A stretch of DNA of 64,000 nucleotides from a bacterium (GCA_043771175.1 JAYVHO010000011.1:12352-76351), one strand, 5' to 3'. Numbered from the stretch's first letter, positions 56,303 to 64,000 are shown. Program-made: numbers and translations. Notes: a model not told the origin generated them from the sequence alone.

Positions 56303-58243
56303 ATGAGTAAATTTCTTGAATCACTGAACGATGAACAAAAAGAAGCCGTTATACATACAGAAGGAGCTCTTTTGATTGTTGCAGGAGCTGGGACCGGTAA
56401 AACCAAAACGTTAACCTCTCGTATTGCATATTTGATTGAGCAAGGGGTTAATCCTCAATCAATCTTGGCTGTTACCTTTACCAACAAAGCAGCAAAAGAA
56501 ATGAGAGAGAGGATTAATCACATTACAAATACACCCTATTCAAATTCGCCACTTCTTATGACGTTTCACTCGTTAGGTGTGTATATCTTGCGAAACTTTG
56601 GACAACAATTTGGAATTCCCAAAAATTTCAGAATTATTGATATTGATGACACTGAGTCATTATTAAAAGAAGCAGTATTAAAGCTTGATTTGAATCCAAA
56701 ACAATATGATCCACGAACCCTTCAAAAATATATTTCAAAACTTCGCAATGAAAACAAAGATCCTAACGATTTAGAAGATATTAGATACGGCGGAAAACCG
56801 CTTGATGGGATTATTAAAAAAGTATACCCAATCTATCAAGATCTTAAGAAGCGTGATAAAGCTTACGATTTTGATGACTTAATTGTGGTAACGCGGGATC
56901 TTATTAAAAAAAATCCAGAACTTCAAAAAATATTAAATGACCGCTGGAAATATGTTCATATTGACGAGTATCAAGACACTAATGAAATGCAGTATGAATT
57001 GGCAGATTTGTTAGTAAAATCTCATGGAAATATTTGTGTAGTAGGAGATGGAGATCAAACTATTTATTCATGGCGTGGCGCAACCATTAGAAATATTCTT
57101 AAGTTTTCAGAAGATTTTCCTGGGGCCAAGCAAGTAATTTTAAAAAATAATTATCGTTCAACAAAACATATTTTAGATGCAGCACAGGCGGTAGTTTCCA
57201 AAAACGTTGCTAGAATCGACAAAGAACTTATTTCAACTAAAGAAGATGGTAAAAAAATTAATCTTGCAATGTATAGGAACGACAAAGAAGAAGCAGAATC
57301 AGTAGTAAAAACTATCAAAGAATTATTGGGACGAGGAATTTCTGAAAAAGATATTGCGGTATTATACAGAACCAACGCTCAATCTCGCGCTATGGAAGAG
57401 GCAGCTATTCATGGCGGTATTAATTACAGCATTACGGGAATTAGATTCTTTGATAGAAAAGAAATTAAAGATATTGTTTCATATTTGAGACTGTTAATTG
57501 AGCCAGGAAATTTAATTGATATTAAACGGGTGGTTAATACTCCAACACGTGGTATAGGCCCTGCGGCGCTGGCTAAAATAATTTCTGGAGATTTAAATGG
57601 ACTTTCCCCTAAGGCTCGCGTTGGGTATGAAGATTTTAACGCGGTTATTTTACACTGTAAAAAATATCTGCAGTCTCATCCACTCCATGAAACCTTGTTT
57701 GAACTTCTTAAAAAATCAAAGTTTTTGGAACAATACCATGAATCAAATCCTGAAGATTTGGAACGACTTCAAAATATCGATGAACTCGTCAACTACGCAT
57801 CACAATTTTCTGACCTACCCGCAGAAGAAGCACTTGTATTAATGCTTGATGAAGTTATGTTAATGTCAGGAACAGAACAATCTCGTGGCAAGAAAGATGA
57901 AAAAGTAGATATGAATAGTGTTAGTTTTATGACCATTCACAGCGCAAAAGGTCTTGAGTTTACTGCGGTATTTATTGTGGGGCTGGAAGATGGAATTTTC
58001 CCAAGTGCTCGGGTTGAAACAAAAGAATTAGAAGAAGAACGCAGACTGATGTATGTTGCTATTACACGTGCTAAAGAAGAATTATATCTTTCATATTGTT
58101 CAATGCGTCGTATATACGGACAGATGACATTCTCAATGCCATCTCAATTTATTTCAGAGATACCGAAGGATTTACTTGAATCAACGATTATTAAAAAAAG
58201 TTATGATTCCAGTATGCCTACTATTTATTTTGATGATTTTTAA
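56303..58243 (+). CDS. pcrA: ATP-dependent DNA helicase PcrA/UvrD family
   Basis: LNDEQKEAV, AGAGTGKTKT, DEYQDTN, VGDGDQTIYSWRGA, TIHSAKGLEF motifs. Confidence 0.95.
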   Translation: MSKFLESLNDEQKEAVIHTEGALLIVAGAGTGKTKTLTSRIAYLIEQGVNPQSILAVTFTNKAAKEMRERINHITNTPYSNSPLLMTFHSLGVYILRNFGQQFGIPKNFRIIDIDDTESLLKEAVLKLDLNPKQYDPRTLQKYISKLRNENKDPNDLEDIRYGGKPLDGIIKKVYPIYQDLKKRDKAYDFDDLIVVTRDLIKKNPELQKILNDRWKYVHIDEYQDTNEMQYELADLLVKSHGNICVVGDGDQTIYSWRGATIRNILKFSEDFPGAKQVILKNNYRSTKHILDAAQAVVSKNVARIDKELISTKEDGKKINLAMYRNDKEEAESVVKTIKELLGRGISEKDIAVLYRTNAQSRAMEEAAIHGGINYSITGIRFFDRKEIKDIVSYLRLLIEPGNLIDIKRVVNTPTRGIGPAALAKIISGDLNGLSPKARVGYEDFNAVILHCKKYLQSHPLHETLFELLKKSKFLEQYHESNPEDLERLQNIDELVNYASQFSDLPAEEALVLMLDEVMLMSGTEQSRGKKDEKVDMNSVSFMTIHSAKGLEFTAVFIVGLEDGIFPSARVETKELEEERRLMYVAITRAKEELYLSYCSMRRIYGQMTFSMPSQFISEIPKDLLESTIIKKSYDSSMPTIYFDDF

Positions 58244-58250
58244 CAAACAA

Positions 58251-58279
58251 AAAAGGCACTCAATGCGAGCGCCTTTTTA
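58251..58279 (+). terminator. Intrinsic terminator after pcrA
   Basis: AAAAAGGCACTC-AATG-CGAGCGCCTTTTT (imperfect stem). Confidence 0.6.
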
Positions 58280-58458
58280 ATGCAACAAAACCCTAACCAC
58301 TCACCCTTCTCCATAAGAGAGGATTTACTCATTTTATATTTCCTGAAAATTTAGCGAAACTAATAATTTCTCATGAGTTCGTAAATTTCTTACAATATAC
58401 CAAAGTATGTTTTTTTGTCAATCATTTGCATTTTTTAAAACTGAATATGACTATGCGT

Positions 58459-58464
58459 TATACT
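58459..58464 (+). promoter_or_regulatory. -10 box TATACT, leaderless spacing
   Basis: 7 nt before pilB ATG 58472. Confidence 0.5.
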
Positions 58465-58471
58465 GTATGAT

Positions 58472-60616
58472 ATGGCTGATACGAACAATACAATTTCATA
58501 TCAATTACCCAGAAGAAGCACGCTAGTTGATGAACAATCTGATCTTCGCAAACTTCAAGAAGAGGATTTATTAAAATCCCAAGCACCACTGCTTGGGATG
58601 ACCTATATTAATTTAAAAGCAACTCCGCTGACCAATGATGCACTGGGTTCTATTTCAGAAGAAACCGCACGCGCTGCACATTGCGCTGGTTTCAAATTAC
58701 TTAATAAAGAATTTTATGTGGCTCTGCGATTTCCAGAAAACACCACCTGGAAAGAACTTGAGCAAGAGCTTTTAAAAAAATATACCCTTCACATATTTTT
58801 AACATCAGAAGAAAGTCTTAATTTTGCATGGAACCATTACGCAGATATCAGCAAAGCAACTCGCTCAAGAGAATCACTTATTGACCTTTCGGAAGAAAGT
58901 ATTGCAGATATTGAAGCAAAAATCTCAACCAACAGTGATATACTTTCACTTTTTTCTACCATTTCAGAACAAGATCCACAAAGAATTTCTCGCATGATAG
59001 AAATTTTAATGGGAAGCGCAATCGCTACAAAATCTTCTGATATTCATGCAGAACCTACGGAAGATCATGTACGTATACGATATCGCCAAGATGGTGTATT
59101 GCAAGATGTATTAACCCTGTCACGTGAAACATATAAACAAATTATTTCTCGCATCAAAGTATTATCTGGATTAAAAATTACCAGAACCAACGAAGCACAA
59201 GACGGACGCTTTTCTATAAAATCTCATGAGAAAGATGTTGAAGTGCGTGTTTCAACCGTGCCCAGCGCCTATGGGGAAAGTCTAGTCATGCGTGTTTTGG
59301 ATCCTGAAGGTTTGCAGGTTGATTTAACATCACTCGGTTTTAACCAATCACTATTACCGCATCTTTTAAAAGAAATTATTCGCCCTGACGGACTGATTCT
59401 TACCTGTGGACCAACGGGTTCAGGTAAAACCACCACACTGTATTCTTTTTTAAAACATATTTATAGTCCAGATTCAAAAATTATCACCATTGAAGATCCT
59501 ATTGAGTATCATCTTGATGGTATTGAGCAAACCCAAGTTGAAACAGAAAAAGGATACACTTTTTTGTTGGGGCTTCGCTCTGCGCTTCGCCAAGACCCTG
59601 ATATTATCATGGTAGGAGAAATTCGTGATGGAGAAACAGCACAAACGGCAATTAATGCGTCACTGGCCGGCCACATGGTATTTTCAACACTCCACACCAA
59701 TTCCGCAGCGGGTGCTATTCCTCGTCTTCTTGATTTAAAAGTTTCTGGTGGAACACTTCGCTCGGCTCTTCACACCGTACTTGCGCAACGTCTTGTCAGA
59801 AAACTCTGTGAACATTGTAAAGCTCCATACACCACTTCGCCTGACGAAACAGAAACTATTCAAAGAATTATTGATAATGCCAGTGAATCAAAAGAATTAC
59901 TATCATATTTACCAGAAAAATTTACTCACGAGGGTGGTTCATTTACGTTCTTTAAACATGTTGGATGTCCACAGTGTGATGGTACTGGCTATAAAGGAAG
60001 AATTGGTATTTATGAAGGAATTTTAATGACTAAAAAAATAGAAGATTTACTGGAAAATAATAATATCCCCAGCGAACGTGATGTATGGGAAGCCGCAAAA
60101 GATCAAAGTATTTTAACGATGGGTGAAGATGCTGTCATAAAACTTCTTGGCGGAATAACGTCATACGAAGAAGCCGAGCGTGTAGTAGATTTAACCGGAT
60201 ATGGTCATATTTATGCAGAAAAAGAAATTATATCGTCACAAACATTTGCGCAAATAGAACATGAGGTTGAACATCATACAGAATCAAAAAATACAGAAAC
60301 ATACAAAGAGTCAGCAACACCTTTTGAACTTCTCATGAGCTATCTTGAACTACTCATTACCCAACAAATACAAAACCCACAAACAAACATTGTTCGACAA
60401 ATTGAATTAGTAAAACATGCTCTTAAAGAACTTGCGGATCACAACACAGAAGTTACTCTTCAAGCGCGCCACAACGACAACTCAGTGAATCATGAAGTTG
60501 ATACTCTTTTAAATTTTTTAGATGCATTATCTCTGCACCAACAAAAAAATCCGCACATAGGTGCGCAGCAAGAATTGAGTAATGTACAGTTGCATTTATC
60601 TGACTTACAAAAGTAA
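58472..60616 (+). CDS. pilB: Type IV pilus / type II secretion assembly ATPase (PilB/GspE family) with ~130-aa C-terminal extension
   Basis: Walker A GPTGSGKTTT, Asp/His boxes, CEHCK..CPQCDGTGYKGR tetracysteine motif. Confidence 0.9.
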   Translation: MADTNNTISYQLPRRSTLVDEQSDLRKLQEEDLLKSQAPLLGMTYINLKATPLTNDALGSISEETARAAHCAGFKLLNKEFYVALRFPENTTWKELEQELLKKYTLHIFLTSEESLNFAWNHYADISKATRSRESLIDLSEESIADIEAKISTNSDILSLFSTISEQDPQRISRMIEILMGSAIATKSSDIHAEPTEDHVRIRYRQDGVLQDVLTLSRETYKQIISRIKVLSGLKITRTNEAQDGRFSIKSHEKDVEVRVSTVPSAYGESLVMRVLDPEGLQVDLTSLGFNQSLLPHLLKEIIRPDGLILTCGPTGSGKTTTLYSFLKHIYSPDSKIITIEDPIEYHLDGIEQTQVETEKGYTFLLGLRSALRQDPDIIMVGEIRDGETAQTAINASLAGHMVFSTLHTNSAAGAIPRLLDLKVSGGTLRSALHTVLAQRLVRKLCEHCKAPYTTSPDETETIQRIIDNASESKELLSYLPEKFTHEGGSFTFFKHVGCPQCDGTGYKGRIGIYEGILMTKKIEDLLENNNIPSERDVWEAAKDQSILTMGEDAVIKLLGGITSYEEAERVVDLTGYGHIYAEKEIISSQTFAQIEHEVEHHTESKNTETYKESATPFELLMSYLELLITQQIQNPQTNIVRQIELVKHALKELADHNTEVTLQARHNDNSVNHEVDTLLNFLDALSLHQQKNPHIGAQQELSNVQLHLSDLQK

Positions 60617-60645
60617 TACTCGACAAGACTATCATTTCAATTATC

Positions 60646-60654
60646 TGGTATAAT
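60646..60654 (+). promoter_or_regulatory. Perfect extended -10 promoter TGGTATAAT
   Basis: 30 nt after pilB stop; no ORF of meaningful size follows. Confidence 0.6.
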
Positions 60655-60660
60655 AATGAA

Positions 60661-60871
60661 GTACACAGAAATGTATATTAAAAACCTACACATGAGTTTC
60701 TTAGCCATCCCATCCTCTAACAGATGCTTTGATAGTAGATGAGGATAAACACAGCCGAGGCCACATTGTCCTTTCTAATGTCTCAGACTTTCGCCGATGA
60801 CTAAGAAACTCACACATAGGTTATATGTATGTTCACCAGAAATTCCTCTTTATTTCAATAAAGGGGTTTTT
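60661..60871 (+). ncRNA. Candidate ~210-nt structured small RNA, unclassified
   Basis: Bounded by TGGTATAAT promoter and terminator; 12-bp perfect long-range helix 60693..60704 / 60801..60812 plus ACCT/AGGT extension. Confidence 0.4.
60845..60871 (+). terminator. Intrinsic terminator of candidate sRNA
   Basis: CCTCTTTA-TTTCAA-TAAAGGGG then TTTTT. Confidence 0.7.
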
Positions 60872-60942
60872 CTGTCACAATTAAGTTATATAAGATTGAA
60901 TATATCCTAGCATGGATTGTTTTATTTGTCAACTAAACAGTC

Positions 60943-60951
60943 TGCTATACT
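60943..60951 (+). promoter_or_regulatory. Extended -10 box TGCTATACT
   Basis: 13 nt before ruvB ATG. Confidence 0.5.
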
Positions 60952-60964
60952 TTACTAATTATAT

Positions 60965-61933
60965 ATGGCAAATCAAAAAGATGTTTCAAAAATTTCAGAT
61001 CATGACCTACGCCCTACATCATGGACTGACTATATTGGTCAAGACATGATTAAAAAAAATCTTTTAATTTTACTAGAAGCTGCCAGCTCACGCAGTGTTT
61101 CGCCTGATCATATTTTATTGTATGGACAACCAGGACTTGGTAAAACAACTCTGGCAAATTTGATTGCAAAACATTTAGGCACTAATTTAATTCAAACCAC
61201 GGGACCAGTAATTGAAAAGGCAAGTGATTTGACCAGTACATTGTCATCATTATCAGCTGGTGATGTGCTATTTATTGATGAAATTCACCGCTTACCAAAA
61301 AGCGTAGAAGAAATTTTATATCCTGCAATGGAATCTGGCACACTGGACATTATGGTTGGAAAAGGTCCATCAGCACGTACCGTACATATTGAACTGCAGC
61401 CATTCACCTTAATTGGCGCAACCACACGACTATCAGAACTCTCTTCACCACTAAGAAGTCGCTTCTCGGGGGGAATTTTTAAGCTTGAGCCGTATACTAC
61501 TGACGAATTAAGTCAGATCCTTATGCGCACAGCACAAATGTTACAACTACCCCACGACCATGAGGTGTTACAACATATTGCCAAGCGCTCACGCAGAACC
61601 CCAAGAACCGCAAATTATTATCTGCGTCGCGTTGGAGACTTGGCTCATATTCGTGGGATTAACATTACAGAAGATATTATCAATGAAGCGTTAACCATGT
61701 TAGGGATTTCTGAAGAAGGATTGACATTAGTTGATCAAGAATATATCCGCGCAGTACGTGATAAGTTTTCTGGTGGTCCGGTTGGAGTAAAAACTATTGC
61801 AGCGTCAATTGGTGAAGAATCCAGAACCGTTGAAGATGTTATTGAACCGTACCTGTTGTATGAAGGAATTATTGAAAAAACTTCATCAGGAAGAAAACTT
61901 ACCACACGTGGGTATGGGTTTAATATAAAGTAA
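60965..61933 (+). CDS. ruvB: Holliday junction branch migration helicase RuvB
   Basis: GQPGLGKTTLA Walker A, LFIDEIHRL, TTR sensor motifs. Confidence 0.96.
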   Translation: MANQKDVSKISDHDLRPTSWTDYIGQDMIKKNLLILLEAASSRSVSPDHILLYGQPGLGKTTLANLIAKHLGTNLIQTTGPVIEKASDLTSTLSSLSAGDVLFIDEIHRLPKSVEEILYPAMESGTLDIMVGKGPSARTVHIELQPFTLIGATTRLSELSSPLRSRFSGGIFKLEPYTTDELSQILMRTAQMLQLPHDHEVLQHIAKRSRRTPRTANYYLRRVGDLAHIRGINITEDIINEALTMLGISEEGLTLVDQEYIRAVRDKFSGGPVGVKTIAASIGEESRTVEDVIEPYLLYEGIIEKTSSGRKLTTRGYGFNIK

Positions 61934-61946
61934 TATTACCCACATG

Positions 61947-62243
61947 CCCGTCGTCCCGCTATATAACGAGTGACGTCATTTTTAGATGGATACAACTTTG
62001 TATTTCTCTTTTAATATAACCATCTCCACCAAATAAACATTTCTTTCCAAACTTCATCCTAAACGGCAAGCGAGATTAAAGAGAAATGCAGATGATAAAT
62101 CTAAGCATTTCTCTTAATAATCGAGTCCGAGCCTAGGGCGGTAGACCCACTGGTTATGGAAGTGATTTGTGGAGGTTAAGGCTTTAATGGGTAAGTACAA
62201 AAATAAATAGCCTGGATCCCGTTCTTCAACGGGATGACGGACA
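61947..62243. repeat. Widest inverted doublet of the hairpin repeat, enclosing a 234-nt structured spacer
   Basis: Degenerate CCCGTCGTCCCGCTATATAACGAGTGACG at 61947..61975; consensus GCCTGGATCCCGTTCTTCAACGGGATGACGGACA at 62210..62243. Confidence 0.7.
61982..62209 (+). other. Structured non-coding spacer (possible sRNA or MITE interior)
   Basis: GAGAAATGC-15 nt-GCATTTCTC hairpin with extension; outer CTCCAC(C)AAAT / ATTTGTGGAG pairing; only ORFs of 16 aa or fewer. Confidence 0.3.
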
Positions 62244-62269
62244 AAAGGCACGCGGAAAAAATTTTATTC

Positions 62270-62278
62270 TGTTATAAT
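62270..62278 (+). promoter_or_regulatory. Extended -10 box TGTTATAAT, leaderless spacing
   Basis: 6 nt before yebC ATG 62285. Confidence 0.5.
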
Positions 62279-62284
62279 TTTTAC

Positions 62285-62821
62285 ATGTCAGGACATAATA
62301 AATGGTCACAAATTAAAAATGCCAAAGCCAAAACAGATGGTGCGCGCTCAAAAGTGTTTGCTAAAATGGTAAAACTGTTATCTGTTGAGTCAAAAAAGGC
62401 GGGAGGTGATGTAAATTCACCTGGGCTTCGTAATGCTATTGAAAAAGCACGCAAAGTAAATATGCCTATGGATAATATTGACCGAGCTGTTAAAAAGGGA
62501 ACGGATGGTAGTGAATCACTTGAAAAAGTTATCTATGAGATTTATGGGCCAGAAGGTTCACAGATTATTGTAACAGCACTTACTGATAGTACTAACAGAA
62601 CCAATCAAGAGATTAAACATCTCGTTTCAAAAAATGGAGCATCTATGGGCGGAGCAGGTTCTGTGATGTGGAATTTTACCTTTGATGTACAAACCAGTGA
62701 ATACACCCCTCAAACCAGTATGGAAATTTCTGATTCTGCAGAAGAAACACTCAATAATCTTCTTTCATTACTTGATGATCATGATGACGTTGAAGATATT
62801 TTCACAAATATTTCAGAATAA
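62285..62821 (+). CDS. yebC: YebC/PmpR family protein (short, 178 aa)
   Basis: MSGHNKWSQIKNAKAKTDGARSKVFAK.. signature N-terminus; between ruvB and ruvC. Confidence 0.9.
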   Translation: MSGHNKWSQIKNAKAKTDGARSKVFAKMVKLLSVESKKAGGDVNSPGLRNAIEKARKVNMPMDNIDRAVKKGTDGSESLEKVIYEIYGPEGSQIIVTALTDSTNRTNQEIKHLVSKNGASMGGAGSVMWNFTFDVQTSEYTPQTSMEISDSAEETLNNLLSLLDDHDDVEDIFTNISE

Positions 62822-62823
62822 TT

Positions 62824-63303
62824 ATGAAAATTATTGGAATTGACCCCGGATACGAGCGTCTTGGTATTGCACTCATAGAATCTACATCACGTATTTCTTC
62901 TATATATATCAATTCACAGTGTTTTAAAACCAAAAAAGAGCTTGATTTTAACCAAAGACTCTCAGAAATTGTTTCACATGTTACAGAACTTATTTTACAA
63001 GAACAACCAGAAGCCTTAGTTATTGAGCTTTTATTTTTTAATACTAATCAAAAAACCGCATTATTTGTTTCAGAAGTACGTGGCGCATTAAAAGGAATTG
63101 CTATTTTATATAAGGTAAAAATATTTGAATTAACCCCTTTACAAATCAAAAGTGCAATAACTGGGCATGGTCAAGCGTCTAAAGATTCTGTAGCGTTTAT
63201 GATTCCAAAACTCATTAAATTACCTGACAAAAAAATGATTGATGATGAGATGGACGCGATTGCTATTGCACTTGCGGGGATTGCTCATTTTTCGTTATAT
63301 TAA
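62824..63303 (+). CDS. ruvC: Crossover junction endodeoxyribonuclease RuvC
   Basis: MKIIGIDPGYERLG.., E..F.., DEMDAIAIAL catalytic acidic residues. Confidence 0.92.
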   Translation: MKIIGIDPGYERLGIALIESTSRISSIYINSQCFKTKKELDFNQRLSEIVSHVTELILQEQPEALVIELLFFNTNQKTALFVSEVRGALKGIAILYKVKIFELTPLQIKSAITGHGQASKDSVAFMIPKLIKLPDKKMIDDEMDAIAIALAGIAHFSLY

Positions 63304-63379
63304 CTATTTACACATAATAAATTATATGTTTTTGCCATATTTTTGTGGTAAAATTATACAAACAATAAAACACTTTTTT

Positions 63380-64000
63380 ATGATAGAACACCTCAAAAAA
63401 CACAAAAAACTGGTTTTTAGAAAATGGTCAGACAACCCAATTGTTCGCTTTTTTGAATCCATGATTATTATCAGCGTTTCTGGTATTTTTCTATTAGTAG
63501 GAATGCTTTTTTTATGGGTATCACTATTACAAGTTCCACCGCTTGAAGGGTTTCATGAACGTATTGTTTCAAATTCAACAAAAATATATGATCGCACCGG
63601 AAAAGTTGTTTTATATGACATTTTTGAAAACGCACAAAGAACCATTGTTCCTCTGGATAAAATCTCTCCACTTATACTCAAAGCGGTTATTTCAACGGAA
63701 GATAGAAATTTCTATACTCACCACGGAATTGATATAAAATCTACCGCTCGCGCTATTACTTATACTGCACTCAACAAATTAGGAATCAATAAAAATCTTG
63801 CCGTACAAGGTGGATCAACCATCACTCAACAAGTTTTAAAAAACACCGTATTAACCACCGACAGAACCGTGACGAGAAAAATTAAGGAATGGTTTTTGGC
63901 GGTACGTCTGGAACAAAAACTTTCAAAAAATGAAATCATTGAACATTATTTAAATGAAATTCCGTTTGGAGGATCATTATATGGAATAGAAGAAGCTGCA
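63380..64000 (+). CDS. Class A penicillin-binding protein, N-terminal glycosyltransferase (GT51) part, truncated by window end
   Basis: Open frame to window edge: TM anchor, STEDRNFYTHHGID, GGSTITQQ, RKIKEW motifs; absent from ORF track (no stop). Confidence 0.9.
   Translation, partial: MIEHLKKHKKLVFRKWSDNPIVRFFESMIIISVSGIFLLVGMLFLWVSLLQVPPLEGFHERIVSNSTKIYDRTGKVVLYDIFENAQRTIVPLDKISPLILKAVISTEDRNFYTHHGIDIKSTARAITYTALNKLGINKNLAVQGGSTITQQVLKNTVLTTDRTVTRKIKEWFLAVRLEQKLSKNEIIEHYLNEIPFGGSLYGIEEAA

Noticed and set aside
60661-60871. Assigning the candidate sRNA to SRP RNA, RNase P, tmRNA or a known riboswitch class
   Set aside because: None of the conserved cores I can recall is present (SRP GGAA-tetraloop/AGCAGC, RNase P GAGGAAAGUCC, tmRNA tRNA-like ends, TPP CUGAGA..ACCUGA). 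It is left unclassified rather than named.
1-64000. Wholesale alternative genetic code (code 25 UGA=Gly or code 4 UGA=Trp)
   Set aside because: Conserved long genes (tuf, secY, pnp, pcrA, pilB and the 1013- and 1192-aa ORFs) are intact under the standard code with no in-frame TGA. Recoded lineages show frequent internal TGA.
1-64000. CRISPR arrays, rRNA genes, transposases, integrases other than Xer, prophage or toxin-antitoxin modules
   Set aside because: None seen. The only direct tandem repeat is the 21-bp coding repeat at 35389..35469. The only recombinase is a housekeeping-type XerC/D with no flanking mobile-element signatures.

Overview
AT-rich (mid-30s % GC by eye, not computed), gene-dense bacterial fragment: about 72 protein genes and 4 tRNAs, with no rRNA, CRISPR array or transposase gene. 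I read it as a reduced genome of the CPR/Patescibacteria (Parcubacteria-like) type. Supporting signs are no rpmD (L30) between rpsE and rplO, almost no Shine-Dalgarno sequences, many -10 boxes only 6-11 nt from the ATG, and very large surface proteins without recognisable domains. Content: tuf; a truncated and twice-interrupted S10/spc ribosomal-protein cluster (rpsS to rplO, secY, adk, then map after an inserted island); rnhA-recJ-pgk-tpiA; nusA-ppa; tig-clpP-rny-hup; gmk, mscL, yraN, cca, xth, xerC-like, rpsO, pnp, comM, pcrA, pilB, ruvB, yebC, ruvC and the 5' part of a class A PBP. Main leads, all from reading the sequence: (1) a dispersed, strictly intergenic hairpin repeat (CTGGATCCCG..loop..CGGGATGACGG) with compensatory stem changes, often in inverted doublets (REP/REPIN- or MITE-like); (2) a 5-kb island between adk and map encoding a split three-domain His-swivel dikinase plus cupin, PGAM-like phosphatase and nucleotidyltransferase, with an in-frame TGA inside the swivel domain; (3) near absence of TGA as a stop codon; (4) three perfect DnaA boxes within an array of GGACA iterons next to a tRNA operon; (5) an orphan promoter-to-terminator unit (candidate ~210-nt sRNA) and a structured 234-nt spacer flanking ruvB; (6) an envelope gene cluster sharing an identical promoter box. 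No database searches or computed statistics were possible. Functional calls rest on motifs I recognise in the translations.
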